A stretch of DNA of 64,000 nucleotides from Pecten maximus. Its lineage: Eukaryota. This document shows, piece after piece, positions 14,013-26,676 of this stretch (within the stretch, counting starts at the first letter, position 1; each line of letters begins with the position of its first letter). The stretch is from NCBI RefSeq assembly GCF_902652985.1, contig NC_047022.1, positions 45,198,001 through 45,262,000 of the forward strand, in the 5' to 3' direction. The translations under genes were made by a program, and so were the position numbers. Under the pieces are notes generated by a model that was not told the DNA's origin, searched no databases, and saw only the letters and a program-made list of their open reading frames with translations.

Positions 14013-14033
14013 GTACTTTCGCTTTCGGTTTCA
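14013..14033 (-). promoter_or_regulatory. ISRE/IRF-E-like element upstream of paralogue 1
   Basis: Minus strand TGAAACCGAAAGCGAAAGTAC: three GAAA cores at 6-bp period, matching the GAAANNGAAA IRF consensus. Confidence 0.55.
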
Positions 14034-14609
14034 GATAAGCCCATTTCCATTTCCTACATTTGCATGAATGTATTGCTACTATGGTAGGAATAATGTTTGA
14101 AATAATTTACTGAATATTTTTTCTGACGTATTGTGACAATTCCTCTAGAACTGATGGCCTTTTAAAATTGTTTTATCTCTAATTTCCATTGACAGTTTAG
14201 GGTTTAACCCTAATCCTTGTTTACAGTTTAGGCATGTTTACAGTCGGTCTTTGCGTGATTATTCTTGTTGAACTAGGATCCAATATCTTCAGTTTGTGAA
14301 AATATTTAGTTTGACCACATTTTCAGGTGTTTGCGACGTTTTGACTTAATCTTCAGGTAATTGATATCTACTTTTTTGTGCAGCAATGTATAAATTGGAG
14401 AAATTATACTGGAAAGCTCACAGAGGGGCTATCTCACCACGAATCAACAACAAAATATTGAAAACGTTTTGTGGAAGCATTGTTTACTTTGTAATTACAC
14501 AACAATGTATATTTTAAAGCGCTATTCACTTTACTATATAGGAAAATAAAAGTTGAATACAAACAATTTGATCTTCTATTTGTCCCTTTTCTCTTTTCAA
14601 TAATCTGAT

Positions 14610-14856
14610 AACAAGTGGAGCCTACACAACTAGGGAGATTAGAAAAAGCTACACATGAAAAAAAAAAAACAAAAAACTCCAGTGCTCTTCAAGAAATTGT
14701 GAAAACAAGGACTGTTTACTGACGAACATACAAATAACATTGACTTAAGGGGTGTAGTCTTTTGTCTGTGAACGACAAGCGGACCACGGACGCGGGGCAA
14801 TTTGAATAGCCCACCATCATAGCCCCCCCCCCCCCCTATGATGGTGGGCTTATTAA
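14610..14856 (+). mobile_element. Possible Helitron/Helentron-type non-autonomous element remnant
   Basis: Ends in a strong hairpin (AGCCCACCATCATAG...CTATGATGGTGGGCT) preceded by a CGGAC-type motif. Family assignment is from resemblance only. Confidence 0.35.
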
Positions 14857-15479
14857 ATCCAAATTAGATAAAGATCAACAGTTTATAAGCTAGAACATAT
14901 AAACCGTTCTCAACTATCGCACAGTTATATTACAGCATCATTTACACTTGACAACATTTTCTATGTTAATATATTATTTTGATATTTCAAAAAAAATGTC
15001 ATAAACCGAATCTTACATGTGATTTGGCCAATACTATGATGTACCTCACGCTTAAACGCTCAAAACTTGTGGCAGATTAAATTAATTAATTATATACTAA
15101 TTAATACAACACACCATAGCCACACGAGCCTTTTTAAGTCACTATACAAATAGTACATCAGTTTCATCAGATTCCATTTACAACATTCAATTTTTAATCA
15201 GAACCACAAATTATAGAAGTAACCTTGAACATGTTTATTAGCATATGTAAATGTAATATTGTCAAAGGGTATATAGACACATAGTTTCAAAAGCTATAAA
15301 TGGTGAAAAGCGTTGAAGATCATTTTACATTATCTTATAAACAGGGGTATCTATAGCATTAATCTTGTTATTGAATGATAAAAATACAACACTGTTACTT
15401 ACATAATGATTTAAAATATAAGATTAGACGATAAGACAATATGTAGTAGACCATAAAGACTATACGTCAACAGAAAACT

Positions 15480-15980
15480 GGCAATAGGCGGAGTTATGTA
15501 GGCGGTAATCGTGTACCTTTCTAAAGCTAACAAAACACTGACTGTAGTCGATGAGACGAAATTTAACAATAGGCGGTGTATTGTAGGCGATAAGTCTGTG
15601 ACTTTCTAAAGCTGACATAACACTGACTATAGTCGGTGAGCGAAATTTAACAATAGGCGGAGTAATGTAGGCGTTAAGTCTGTGACTTTCTAAAGCTCAC
15701 ATAACACTGACTATAGTCGGTGAGACGAAATTTAACAATTGGCGGAGTAATGTAGGCGTTAAGTTTGTGATTATCTAAAGCTCACATAACACTGACTGTA
15801 GTCGATGAGACGAAATTTAACAATAGGCGGAGTAATGTAGGCGATAGGTCTGTGATTATCTAAAGCTGACATAACACTGACTGTAGTCGGTGAGACGAAA
15901 TTTAACAATAGGCGGAGTAATGTAGGCGATAAGTCTGACTTTCTAAAGCTGACATAACACTGACTGTAGTAGGTGAGAGC
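15480..15980. repeat. ~61-bp tandem repeat, ~8 copies
   Basis: Repeated AATAGGCGGAGTAATGTAGGCG...CATAACACTGACTGTAGTCG. Confidence 0.9.
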
Positions 15981-16404
15981 TAACTAACTAACTTACTTTC
16001 TAGACTTATTGTATAATGCATAGTGTTGTGTTGTAATCATATGTTTTCTTTATAACACAACTACTTTGATTCTGTTCTTTTAGATAATTCATACTGTATA
16101 TCATTCTTAATTCCTTAATGATAAAGGAAAAAATAGATAATACAAACATTTAGTATTATACTTTCATCTTGAAAATAAAGTTTGTATCACTTTTAAAACC
16201 AAAACTATTCCGACGATGTTAATTTTGAATGATAACTTGATAGTTCAAGTCATTTTCCTATGGTTTAGAAATTGGGTCTTTCCATATGATACTCATTGTA
16301 AAACGTCCCTTTAAGTTAAAAAGGATTTTGAAAGCTTCATTACTACATGCATATATTTTGCGACTTTGACATTTTTTATTCATCGTAAAAGAACAAAGAA
16401 AACA

Positions 16405-16790
16405 CATTATTGCCTTACATGAATCGAGCCCGGGTCTCCGGCGTAATGATATCCGGCTCTACCTTCTGAGCTAAAGAAACATGCTTCGTCAGATGTCGTA
16501 AGATGAGTGACAGAGACCGTATTTTTCACTGTGTATAAGCCACACCAACCCATTCCAACTACCCAAGTTTTCTTTAAATTTATGCAAATCACAGCATGAG
16601 AATCTCTATATCCCAATCGTTGGATTTTAGTTGGGTGCATTTGTGAAAGGGCAGAGAAAAAAATCATTCCTGTCGATCGCTATGACGTGAATCGAATCCG
16701 TGTCTCCGGCGTATAAGCAACGACTCAATCCCTGAGCTAAAGATGAATGTTCCATCAGCTGAGTGACGGAGAACGTTTTTAACGTTACGT
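16405..16790 (-). mobile_element. Degenerate pair of tRNA-like direct repeats, possible miniature LTR element
   Basis: Two copies of a minus-strand TTTAGCTCAG...GGAGAC.CGG.TTCGATTCA-like unit (~16420-16477 and ~16688-16743) separated by ~210 bp. Confidence 0.4.
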
Positions 16791-16990
16791 AGAATTCAAA
16801 CAGACGCGTTCTTTTTTTATTGGTATTACATGTCGAAGGTCTAGACTTTTAAAAAGTAGAACGTTGAAAAGGAATACTAATCTAACTGGTCAATACGAAA
16901 TATTATAGCATCACTGGTATTGCATGATATAAGTGTTTTAAATCTAGAATGGAGAGTTCAATGGTTCAAATGTAGAATAGCTTGTCTCAC

Positions 16991-19900
16991 CTATGTAATA
17001 AACCTTTGGATGTATGCCTCGAGTTTAGACTCTGACAGTAGTTTAGCCTTTTCCCTGGCATCTATAAGTAGATCCTGTGACAGAGACCCGGGACTTGTGA
17101 TCAGGAGTCTGATGATAGACAGGCGATGTGACGGTTTACATTTCTTCTCCAGTAGTTCCAACAAACATCGTCCTGACACCACCCCTCCGCACCTGAGAAT
17201 GCATCTAATCACCCTTATATCTCCCAATTTTACAGCACTCAACAAGGCTTCATTCTTCTCATCCGCATCCCACCCTCTTGCGTTCAATACAAACTGCACG
17301 GCAGGAAGTCTATCTGACAGTTTCCAGTTTTTGTGAATGACTCTTCGCAGGCTTTTTTCTGCAAACTCGGCCCCTTGTTCACAAAACAGTGTCAGTAGTT
17401 GAACACATCCGATTTCTAATGACTTTTGCAGTGCATTGTTCATCTGTTGTGTATCGTATTGACGACTTTTTATTAAGTACGTCACTAGAGCGTAAATATC
17501 ATATCCTTCAGTTTTATCAGTGATTGCGTATTCCAGACTTTGGTCACTGAACATTGCCCCGTGACCATATAGGTAGAATACCACCTCAGTATACCCGAGT
17601 CTCAAAGCTTTGTCAAGTGCCTTCATCAGCAACTCATCAGACCAGTGTCTGGATTCCCGTACTAGGCGGACCATTTTCAGCCTATCGTATCTTTGGTAGT
17701 TCCGAGTGTTTTCCATGGCATTTGATAAACTGTCGTCGTCGCAGGGAATGTGCATCTCGCTTAGCAATTTTTCAACGATTTCTGTGCAACCTTCTTGAAT
17801 TTCCTTATTTAGGAGAACAGCTAGGTCCTCATTTTTGCCTTCATCTTTTAAAGTTTGAACAACATTTCCCTTCAGCTGATCTATACCTCGTAGCATTAGA
17901 ACACATCCTAATTCTGATTCCTCAACTGTGGTAAGAAACGCAAGGACTGCGAGACTTCCTCTTTCACATGCAAAATGAAAGGCTTCATTTAACAGCTCTT
18001 GTGACCAAGTACGAACTGTAAGAATATATTTTATGAATTTCAACTGAATATGATGTTCAAGATGCCACCGAAGAACATTTTTCAGACTTGAATCATTGAA
18101 CAGTGCTCCCATAGTGTTCAAGTAGACAATGACATCAGGTCTGCAAATGACTAAAGCCTGATGTAAGGCTTCACTGAGTTGGTCAACTGACCATGCCTTA
18201 GATCTTCTCACAAACTGTACAACTTTTTGCGTGTCAGGAGCCCTTTTGACAGCCGCTATCAAAGCATCGTTTCTGAATTTCCCTCCTTTTTCTTTAAGAA
18301 ACTGGATGGTTTCGAAAGACCCGGATTTTAATGCAGCACTCATCGCATCAGTGATCTGCCTCCGAGACCATTTGTGTTTCAAAAAAACATATGCAAGCAT
18401 TTTAGGGACACGTTTGTTGAAGTCTATAAAGACTGCTGGGTTTTCGAGGGACTGTAACAATTTATTTAGCCAATGAATCCGTTCTTCAGGAGTCATTGTG
18501 TCGCTACTCTTTGTTAGTGGATCATCCAGCCGTTTGGACACGTTCACTAGAGCTTCTTCTGTAAACTGTGCTCCACCTTCGTAAAGGGTTTCCATGGTAG
18601 CAGATGATCCGCAGGTGACGGCTGCGTCAAGGGCATCATTTAGTTGTGCGGGTGTCCAAAGTCCTGTTTTCATAATCACTTCTACGACGCTTTCCACACC
18701 CCTTAAATTTGTTCCAGCCTTCCTGACAAAATCATCAATAGACGGTTGACCACCCGCCTTGGTGAGAACTTCTATATGGTCTGTTTTATTTAGATAGATG
18801 GCTTCAGAGAGCATGGAGTTCAGCTGAGCTGTATTGGTTGAGAAAAGGACGAAACGGAACATATCCAAGTCACAACAATGTAACGCATGTTGGACAACTC
18901 TCCCTTCAATATTTCCAAGAATCATTTTAATTGCAATGGCATCAGTTAGCATTTTGTGTTTTGATTCCAGAATTATCTTTATCAGACTATGGATATGTTC
19001 TTTTAATTGTGGGGACTGAAAAATTGCATGAAGTATGCCAAAGTCCATTTGTTCGGCAGCTCTCGTCATATCTTTCATACACATGCTTGGGAGTTCTGTG
19101 GCTTTCTTGTTGATGTACGTTTTCTGTTTGGTACACTGATCCCTTATCAACTTTACCTTGCATTTTGTTCTTCTCCTCTTCAGGGTGTCACGAATGTGAT
19201 CTGGAGTATTGTCGCTGATGTGTTTCTTTACTTCAGATTCTGTCCAAACATTCTTTGACAATACAAACTTGACCAGTTTTTCATCGTTTGAACCGATTGC
19301 TAACTGAAGACATTTTTCAGTGAGGAACGCCCCTTTATTAAGAAGAATTGACATGGATTCCAAACGTACATGTTCCAGGGCTTGTTGTAGAGCTCTCTGT
19401 AATGCTCTTGTGTAGGATAGAATATCGTACTCTTCGACAATAAAATCGTCGATTTGGAACTTGAAAAATGCTCTTAAGAAGGACACATTGTTTGCGCAAG
19501 ATTCTAGTAGACTGTTTGAGGCAGAATATATACTCCCAGAATGAGCTTTTAAGAAACCCCTTTTATCGTTCTGTTTGGTGATATACTCGAAGAGACAATC
19601 CGCAAGCTTTTGGTTACGGAACCGTGGAAAAGATTCCAATGTAATTCTATCGAAAATGTCCCCTTCCATGATCATTTTGTACATTCGCTTCACGAGTTGT
19701 CCAAAGCACTCAGCAGGCACATGCAAGGTGCATATGTCGTTTTGACCATCATCCGTGACATCCAGCAGTTCCAGTATCACGCGGTTGCTACATTTTTCTA
19801 AAATCATTTCTGGATTTTCCTTTCCAAACACCAAACTAACACTATCTGCTATTGATTGATGGCTAATGGTAAACAACGTGTTTTGCTTTGTCAGATATGT

Positions 19901-20856
19901 ACGATCTAGGGCGTCAAGGCCATGTTTAAGACTGGTTAGTACGTTGTCGGTGTGAAGAACGCCACACACTTCTGCATAGACCTTCAAAGTGTCATACTCT
20001 TCTGATGGCATTTTTAAACGATTCAGCTTTTTAGTATCTATAGTTTGGTCGTTTAAGAAGCAATATACCAGTGCAAAGTATTTGTGTGGTTCTGTGAGTC
20101 TCATCTGTTCTATTTCTTCTGTAAGCAACCGGTCAGGATTTCTGAAAAACTCTTCTCCTTTCTCGAAAAACGAATCATTAGCAAAGAAAAGCTTACAAAC
20201 CTGGGCATAGCCTATAGCAATATTTGATGGAAAACTCTTAATTGCAAAACTTTCAAGTAACATGCTACCAAAGCGGTCATTCTCCCTCTGTCTTAGATTA
20301 GAATGATTTTTGTAAATATTAACACGTTCTTCCTTGGTCAATCTGTGATCATCTGTCAAATCTACCGTTTTCTTTTCGGACAGAATGTGGTCACTTACCA
20401 TCTCTATCAGTACACCTGACTCTCGTCTGGCATCTTTAAGTATATGTGTGCGAGAAGTCACTACCAAACAAACTTTTCCCTCGCGTAAACTTTGTAATGT
20501 TCTATCGAAGAATGGTTTCCACCCATTCAAAAGTCCTGTTTGATAGTTTGTTTTCCCAAAGATGTCATCTACAAACACAACGATATCATCTTTGTCATTG
20601 ACAACATCACTCCAATCCTGGGGCACTGTTATGAGAACAGGTGTCTTTTGTTTGATATCATTGTCAAGGGTACCGTCTCTCAGCTTTCTACATATTTCCC
20701 TACCCAGAGTTGTCTTCCCCTCTCCAGTGACCCCGGATATGATCACCATGTTATAGTCCTTGAGACGCTTCACTACTTCATTCTCAGCTTTGGTCCTGGT
20801 GACCAAAATATTGGTCATTTCTTCGATGTGCCGTGTTAACATTGTCTCTGCATTCT
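16991..20856 (-). CDS. Terminal NTPase + repeat exon of paralogue 2
   Basis: 1299-aa ORF with Walker A GVTGEGKTT, Walker B VFVDDIFG, LVVTSR sensor, and C-terminal W..QL..AL..A...G repeats. Confidence 0.9.
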
Positions 20857-23800
20857 CTGGATAAATGAACACAAAAGAGCTCCGTTTCATTATTTAAGTT
20901 ATGTAAAGTAAATATAAATATAGAGAATATTTCGTGAGTCTCCTTTGACTGATGATATGTAAAATACAAATATATCTTGAAGGAGTTATAATATGTTAAA
21001 TATCGATGTAAGGTGTCATAATACTAAGTAGTATCAACAACAACCAGAATGCGTGTTTAATACATTGTTAAATTGATAATAACAGTATATGTAATTGATG
21101 TTACCTTCAAGTAAAATTCTTTTAGGATTTTTCTCCTTTGTTTCAGGTTGGTGATCGTCTTCATTTCCACCAGATGCTTCTGAAAATAAATACAGAGTAT
21201 AACGTTTGCCTTCTCGCTCAGTGTAAAGATAAATCTAATTTGTACAGGTGTTACATCTGTATTATAGTCTCACTTCGAATGAAAGGTTATTCGCAGTACA
21301 TTAAATTTGTCTCAGGAGCAACTCAATTCATCACCCCTTGGAATCGACCAACGTAACATTCAATCCTTATTTCAAATAGCCGCTAATACACATTTCCCCT
21401 GATAAATTGAACTTGAACTTGTGCAAGTCTAATATAAATAGTCCATCATTAGGATGCTCATCAAACAGTATTATTAAGACAAAATACGATAATGTAACGC
21501 ATTTACCATAAAGCAACAGAAAACATAGCATGATGTAATAAAAATAATAATTTTATCTTTATAACCAAAACGCTACGCAAGCTGCGCGGATGAATAATGA
21601 CTAGACTGTGTTCTGCGGTTGTCTCCTGCTTCGATTCGAACTGAATTCTAACTAATTCTAACCAGCTGTGCTAAAAAAATATGCCTGGCGTTCGATTGGA
21701 TAACTTTCTTTCTGGATATGACATCATAAATCAAGTTTCATATTCCATGAGCATCTCGTATTCAATCATGTGATCTATTAATGAATTATAAAACTGACAT
21801 AAACCATTCCTATTTATACCAACCTGTGTGTACAATCGTCTGTTCCCCTGTACATACATTTTCAGCATGTTCCATGTTCATCGTCTCAACCTTGATCTCT
21901 TCTCTGTATTTTCTTTTGTCAACATAATTGACAGTCACTGAAATATTTGTTCATCAAAATAAAAACGCATTGGCAAGCCTATGTTCTTATATATATGATA
22001 ATGTTACAGTGTTTATGGAGATGATGGAGATTTATTCAATAAATACATAAATAAGCAAGTAGAGTAAAGACAAATATTACTTATATACAGTTAAAGCGAC
22101 ACATTTTATAGAAAAAACAACACGGAAAGTTATAAGGTAAACTACTGCTATTCATAGCCGCCATAATAAAATAAAATAAAATCCATCCACTCCCTATATG
22201 AAAAAAGTAAATGGCGCCAAAAAAAGTGAAGTCAAAATACGACCATCGACGCTGCGTTTGGAGTTCCTTAAAAGAATCCAATATAAAGCAAGTAAAATTG
22301 GACATAAAAAGCGTTTTGTATTTGAAATACAGGTTCAGAAATTAACTTTAAGCATGATGTCAGTATTAATTCAGTTTCATACCCCTATATTAACATATAT
22401 CCCTTCTTGAGCATAGAAACCTGATTGCGAATGAATAAGCGTTTACCCAGTGAAAAAAAGACTCAGTGGATTAATAAGCGCGGAAATCGTTAACGTAACC
22501 ATGACATCGTCTCTTTGTGACGTTACGAAGCATCAACTAGACGGCGCCATTTTGAAAGGACTCGTCAACACAATTTTAGCGTTTTCTCCTGTTACCCGAC
22601 GTTCTCTGTATAAAAGCTGACGTCAAATGATTTTTTGCCTAAATTGAATTTGTGGAAATAGGTGCATATTTCACTTCTCCACAAGGTAAGATAACAACAA
22701 ATGGCTAAAGCGTGCATTCGACCACATCAGTATTAAATTTGTGTCAATATACGCTGTGTTGACAACCATAGTTAATAAGAGACAGAAATTGTAAATTGAG
22801 AATAGAATCTATATCAATTAATTTTAAACTTAAAAATAATATTATGTTAGCAACCTGCATGGTATTTCAACGATTTGTTTGATATCAATATATAGATCAC
22901 TATGCATTGAACGGTACATCGTTCAATCCCTATATGAAACTGAAAACATATTGACATCCATGCATAAATATAAACTGCTTACAGAGAACTGTATGTTAGC
23001 TGTTAAAAGATAATTAGAACCATTTCATCTTCAATATTAATCTACTTAAAACCTTACATTGATTTATAGTTGTTGGGATGGCAACTCCAGCAGAAACTCC
23101 GGTTATTGCTACTGCGCCTGCGTTCTCGCTTGTAGTACTACTTCCTGGCTGATTAGGACTACTAACAGGCACAAGAGATTCCATAAACTGACTGATCCGG
23201 TCAGCACTGACTGGGTTAGTATTGCTGTCTGCGAGGTAATAAACATATAATAAGAGTTAAGTCAGCTAGATGTTTACTTTGTATGTGATCACGTGTCTTT
23301 TTATTATTGTTTAAGGTTACGAATGCACTGATGAATTAAACCGGTGTGGTCCTTGTAGAGCAAGGGTACGTAATTTCGCACAGTGCGTAAATTCGCACAC
23401 CTGACGATTTTTTGCGTTTTTCCTCCAAGTGGTCGAGGACTGTGTTTTTTTGTTTAAATGATGACTAATGTCAACATTTAGTAAAACATTTGCCATTTAA
23501 AGTACTTTTTTCAGATTAAGTTCGTTTTGAAAACAAATTTTAACTGATACAACTCTCTTCCGATAAAATTGATACCGGATGATTAAATATTTTATCTAAA
23601 ATAATCCCAGTTGTTGATTGGCATGTGAATTTGCAAATATTTAAGGAAAAATATAATTTGATCAGATTATAAAAAAAACTTAATACAAATCCACCAAGTA
23701 TAACTAATAACAGCGCTGACCTGCTGACACTCCGTCATTTTCCCCGCCTTGTTTACATTACCTCTGTAGGGAGCGGTCATTATTTAAAGCAAACATGGCG

Positions 23801-26072
23801 GTAAATTGACACTTTCCAATTTTACATTATTTTGTTTTTAAAGATTTTTTTAATCATGGCATTGGGCTTAATCTTAGTTTAGGATGTTGTTTGTCTACAA
23901 AATGGTTAAAAACTATTTTTACTAACAAATATTTAAGAAGTTAGATGGGTGTGCGAAATTACGTTCCCGATCGACTTCAAACCCAGCAATAAACACAAGT
24001 TAACAACAGCTCCCATGCGCAGTGATACGTGTGCGCATATTCAGGATGCACACTTGTATGTTACGAAGCATTTGTACATCTAACAATGTGAGGTATTCTT
24101 TCTTGATTTGAAATTGATTTGATTGAAATGTATTTAAAAACATACCGAAAGTGTGCGAAATTACATATCCCCACTCTAGAGTTACAAATCAGCCTATTTC
24201 TAATTTCTGTTTATCTGTATTTCAAAAACTGACGTGGTCGTCATAAGGTTTCACAGTACAGAATGGAGTAATGTATGCTATATGAATTAAACCGGTGTGG
24301 TCCGTGTTACAAATCAGTTCAAATTTCATTTGCCGTGCACTTTTGCACTTCTAAACTGGCAATGTCAAACAATGGCATTTTAAGGAGTGAAATATTGAAA
24401 AAATACGTATTCATATCATATTTAAATCATATTTACATCATATTTATATCACACAATGTATTTCTACCACAATACGCTGTGTTTTTCCACTCTCAAGCAA
24501 TTGTATAAATGTGCCAACCTTTCGGTCTTTTGATTGGTCAATAATTCGAACTTTGACCCGAGCTGCAATTGTTATTGATTTTGAATTGTCATCAATAATC
24601 GTATCGAATCTGTACACCATATTTGCATACGCGAAATAAGACTTGACCACGTTTCCCTTTGATTCAAGCTGATATAATTGTGGTAGAAACAGGTCACACG
24701 ACTCGTGATTATTGGATATGAAATTTATTTCACACTCGTAAGTTATTATTTTTTTAAATTACAAAAGACACTCGCTAAAGTTCGTGTCTTTTGTAACTTT
24801 AAAAAAAAGTTACTCGTGTGAAATAAATTCCATATCCAACAACCACACGTTGTTCGTTGTGTAACCTCTATTTTTATTACATTTTTACCAGTGAAATATC
24901 AAAAATTATTCATTCTATAAAAGTGATATTTTTCACTAGTGAAGAATATCATATTTTTCACTAGTGAAAAATATCACTTTTGCTGATTTGACCAATCAAA
25001 TTAATGATTTGAAAATACCAAAATAATTGACCAATCAGAAAGCCTGACATATATGTCAGCACCTGGACAGGGGAAACTACTTTTTTTGCTGCGCACTCGT
25101 GAAAAATATCAAAATATTAGCCCCACTCGTGAAATATATTTGGTATTACTGAAGACACTGTTAGATATCCTCTATATATCATATTTATATCATATTTACA
25201 TCATATTTACATCATATTTATATCATGTTTATATCATACTTATATTTTATTTATATCATGTTTATATCATATTTATATCATATTTATATCATATTTATAT
25301 CATATTTACATCATATTTATATCATGTTTATATCATACTTATATTTTATTTATATCATATTTATATCATACTTATATTTTATTTAAATCATATTTACCAA
25401 ATGTGTTGTTGATGTCATTGTTGTCTTCAGCCTGTTCCTCTGTAAACAACTGTAACCACATGCTTTCATAAATGTCAAAAAAGTTTAATATAGTGTCAAA
25501 ATAATACTTAACCAATTAAAACGCTGGTACGATATTGTTACAGACCTTCCGGACTGAAATTCGTTTAAAATGAGTGACACCCATTGTCTCTGTGATTGAT
25601 CTATACACCTAGCCGAACTTCTCTATCGAATTAATTATAAATAATGGCATTAAAGTTTCCCATATTTAAAGCTTATACTGTGTAATATATAAAGATGTAT
25701 TTATATCCACCAAATGTAACATACCCCCATTATACTGCCAGAGAGTGGGGTTTACAATATTTTATTATTTAATGGGTTTTTTTTTACATGTAGGAAAGCG
25801 ATATTATAAAAGACATTCTAATGGTGTTACTAAAATAAACCTACCTGTTGATCTGGCTTTCCCGGTCCTGGGTTCGGCTCTATTCCTTGTATACGCAGGA
25901 GGAGATCAATGAATGTAACAGCTCCTTTGATGTCCAGTTTGTCGTGTGTGAGGTCACCCCGGACACTGGCGATCGCTTTACACAGGTATCCGGTGTTTGA
26001 CAAGGCATTCTTCACTGTCCGAGGTACAAACTGACCAACCCGTGCACGGTACACCGCCAAATCCACGCCCAT
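16991..26072 (-). CDS. STAND NTPase (nSTAND3-like)/ankyrin-like repeat protein, paralogue 2, intact, ~1501 aa, with 2A-like N-terminal leader
   Basis: Six coding exons: 26072-25845, 25449-25398, 23228-23058, 21937-21824, 21179-21105, 20856-16991. Lengths 228+52+171+114+75+3866 = 4506 nt, open frame, all GT-AG. Exon lengths 228, 52 and 114 are the same in paralogue 1. Confidence 0.85.
23358..24176. mobile_element. Non-autonomous TIR element (MITE-like) in intron 2 of paralogue 2
   Basis: Imperfect TIRs GAGCAAGGGTACGTAATTTCGCAC / GTGCGAAATTACATATCCCCACTC flanked by TA, with internal GTGTGCGAAATTACG subrepeats. Confidence 0.6.
25170..25395. repeat. AT-rich 11-bp tandem repeat (TATTTATATCA)
   Basis: Directly visible. 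Confidence 0.85.
25845..26072 (-). CDS. First coding exon of paralogue 2 with 2A-like motif
   Basis: ...FIDLLLRIQGIEPNPGPGKPDQQ, then donor GTAGGT; strong Kozak context GCCATGG. Confidence 0.8.
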
Positions 26073-26676
26073 GGCCGCCTTAGACACAAATGCGTTGAAC
26101 ATTATTAATTTCATTCACATATATATAAAAAAAATTGATTTAAAAAAAACATGTATCCACCTGCAGCATTGTGACAGAGACATATATATATAGACATATA
26201 TGTCTCTGATTGTGATATTTAACACCTAATGAAATTTGAAATAAATTCTGAATATTTTCTCACTCTCTTTCGACTTTGAATGCACGATAAACTTTGAAAT
26301 ATACTTCTTACCAACGCTTCCAACCTAGAAATATCAACCCAAGGTCATTTCTAAATAACCTTTGATATTTACTTCACGGCACTTTCACACACAATATTAG
26401 CACCATATCACTATTACGTACGCCTAATAATCTGTAACGGCCTAACAGAAACACCCTGCATCCTACCACTTCTTCATGGAAGTCATAACTTATCACAAAC
26501 GAAAATTGTTATAACGGTAGCGGCGTATCCGCTTGAACCAACATATTACTTCTTATGAGGTCACGGGGTACAGAATTCGCTATAAATGTATTAATATAGC
26601 ATAAATCTACTTTCAGATCTAAAGATTTCATTTGTTACTCAACAAACACACGCTGAACATTTACAGTTAAACTTAC

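Noticed and set aside
20857-20890. ORF-track start MKRSSFVFIYP
   Set aside because: Polypyrimidine tract and acceptor; the exon begins at 20856.
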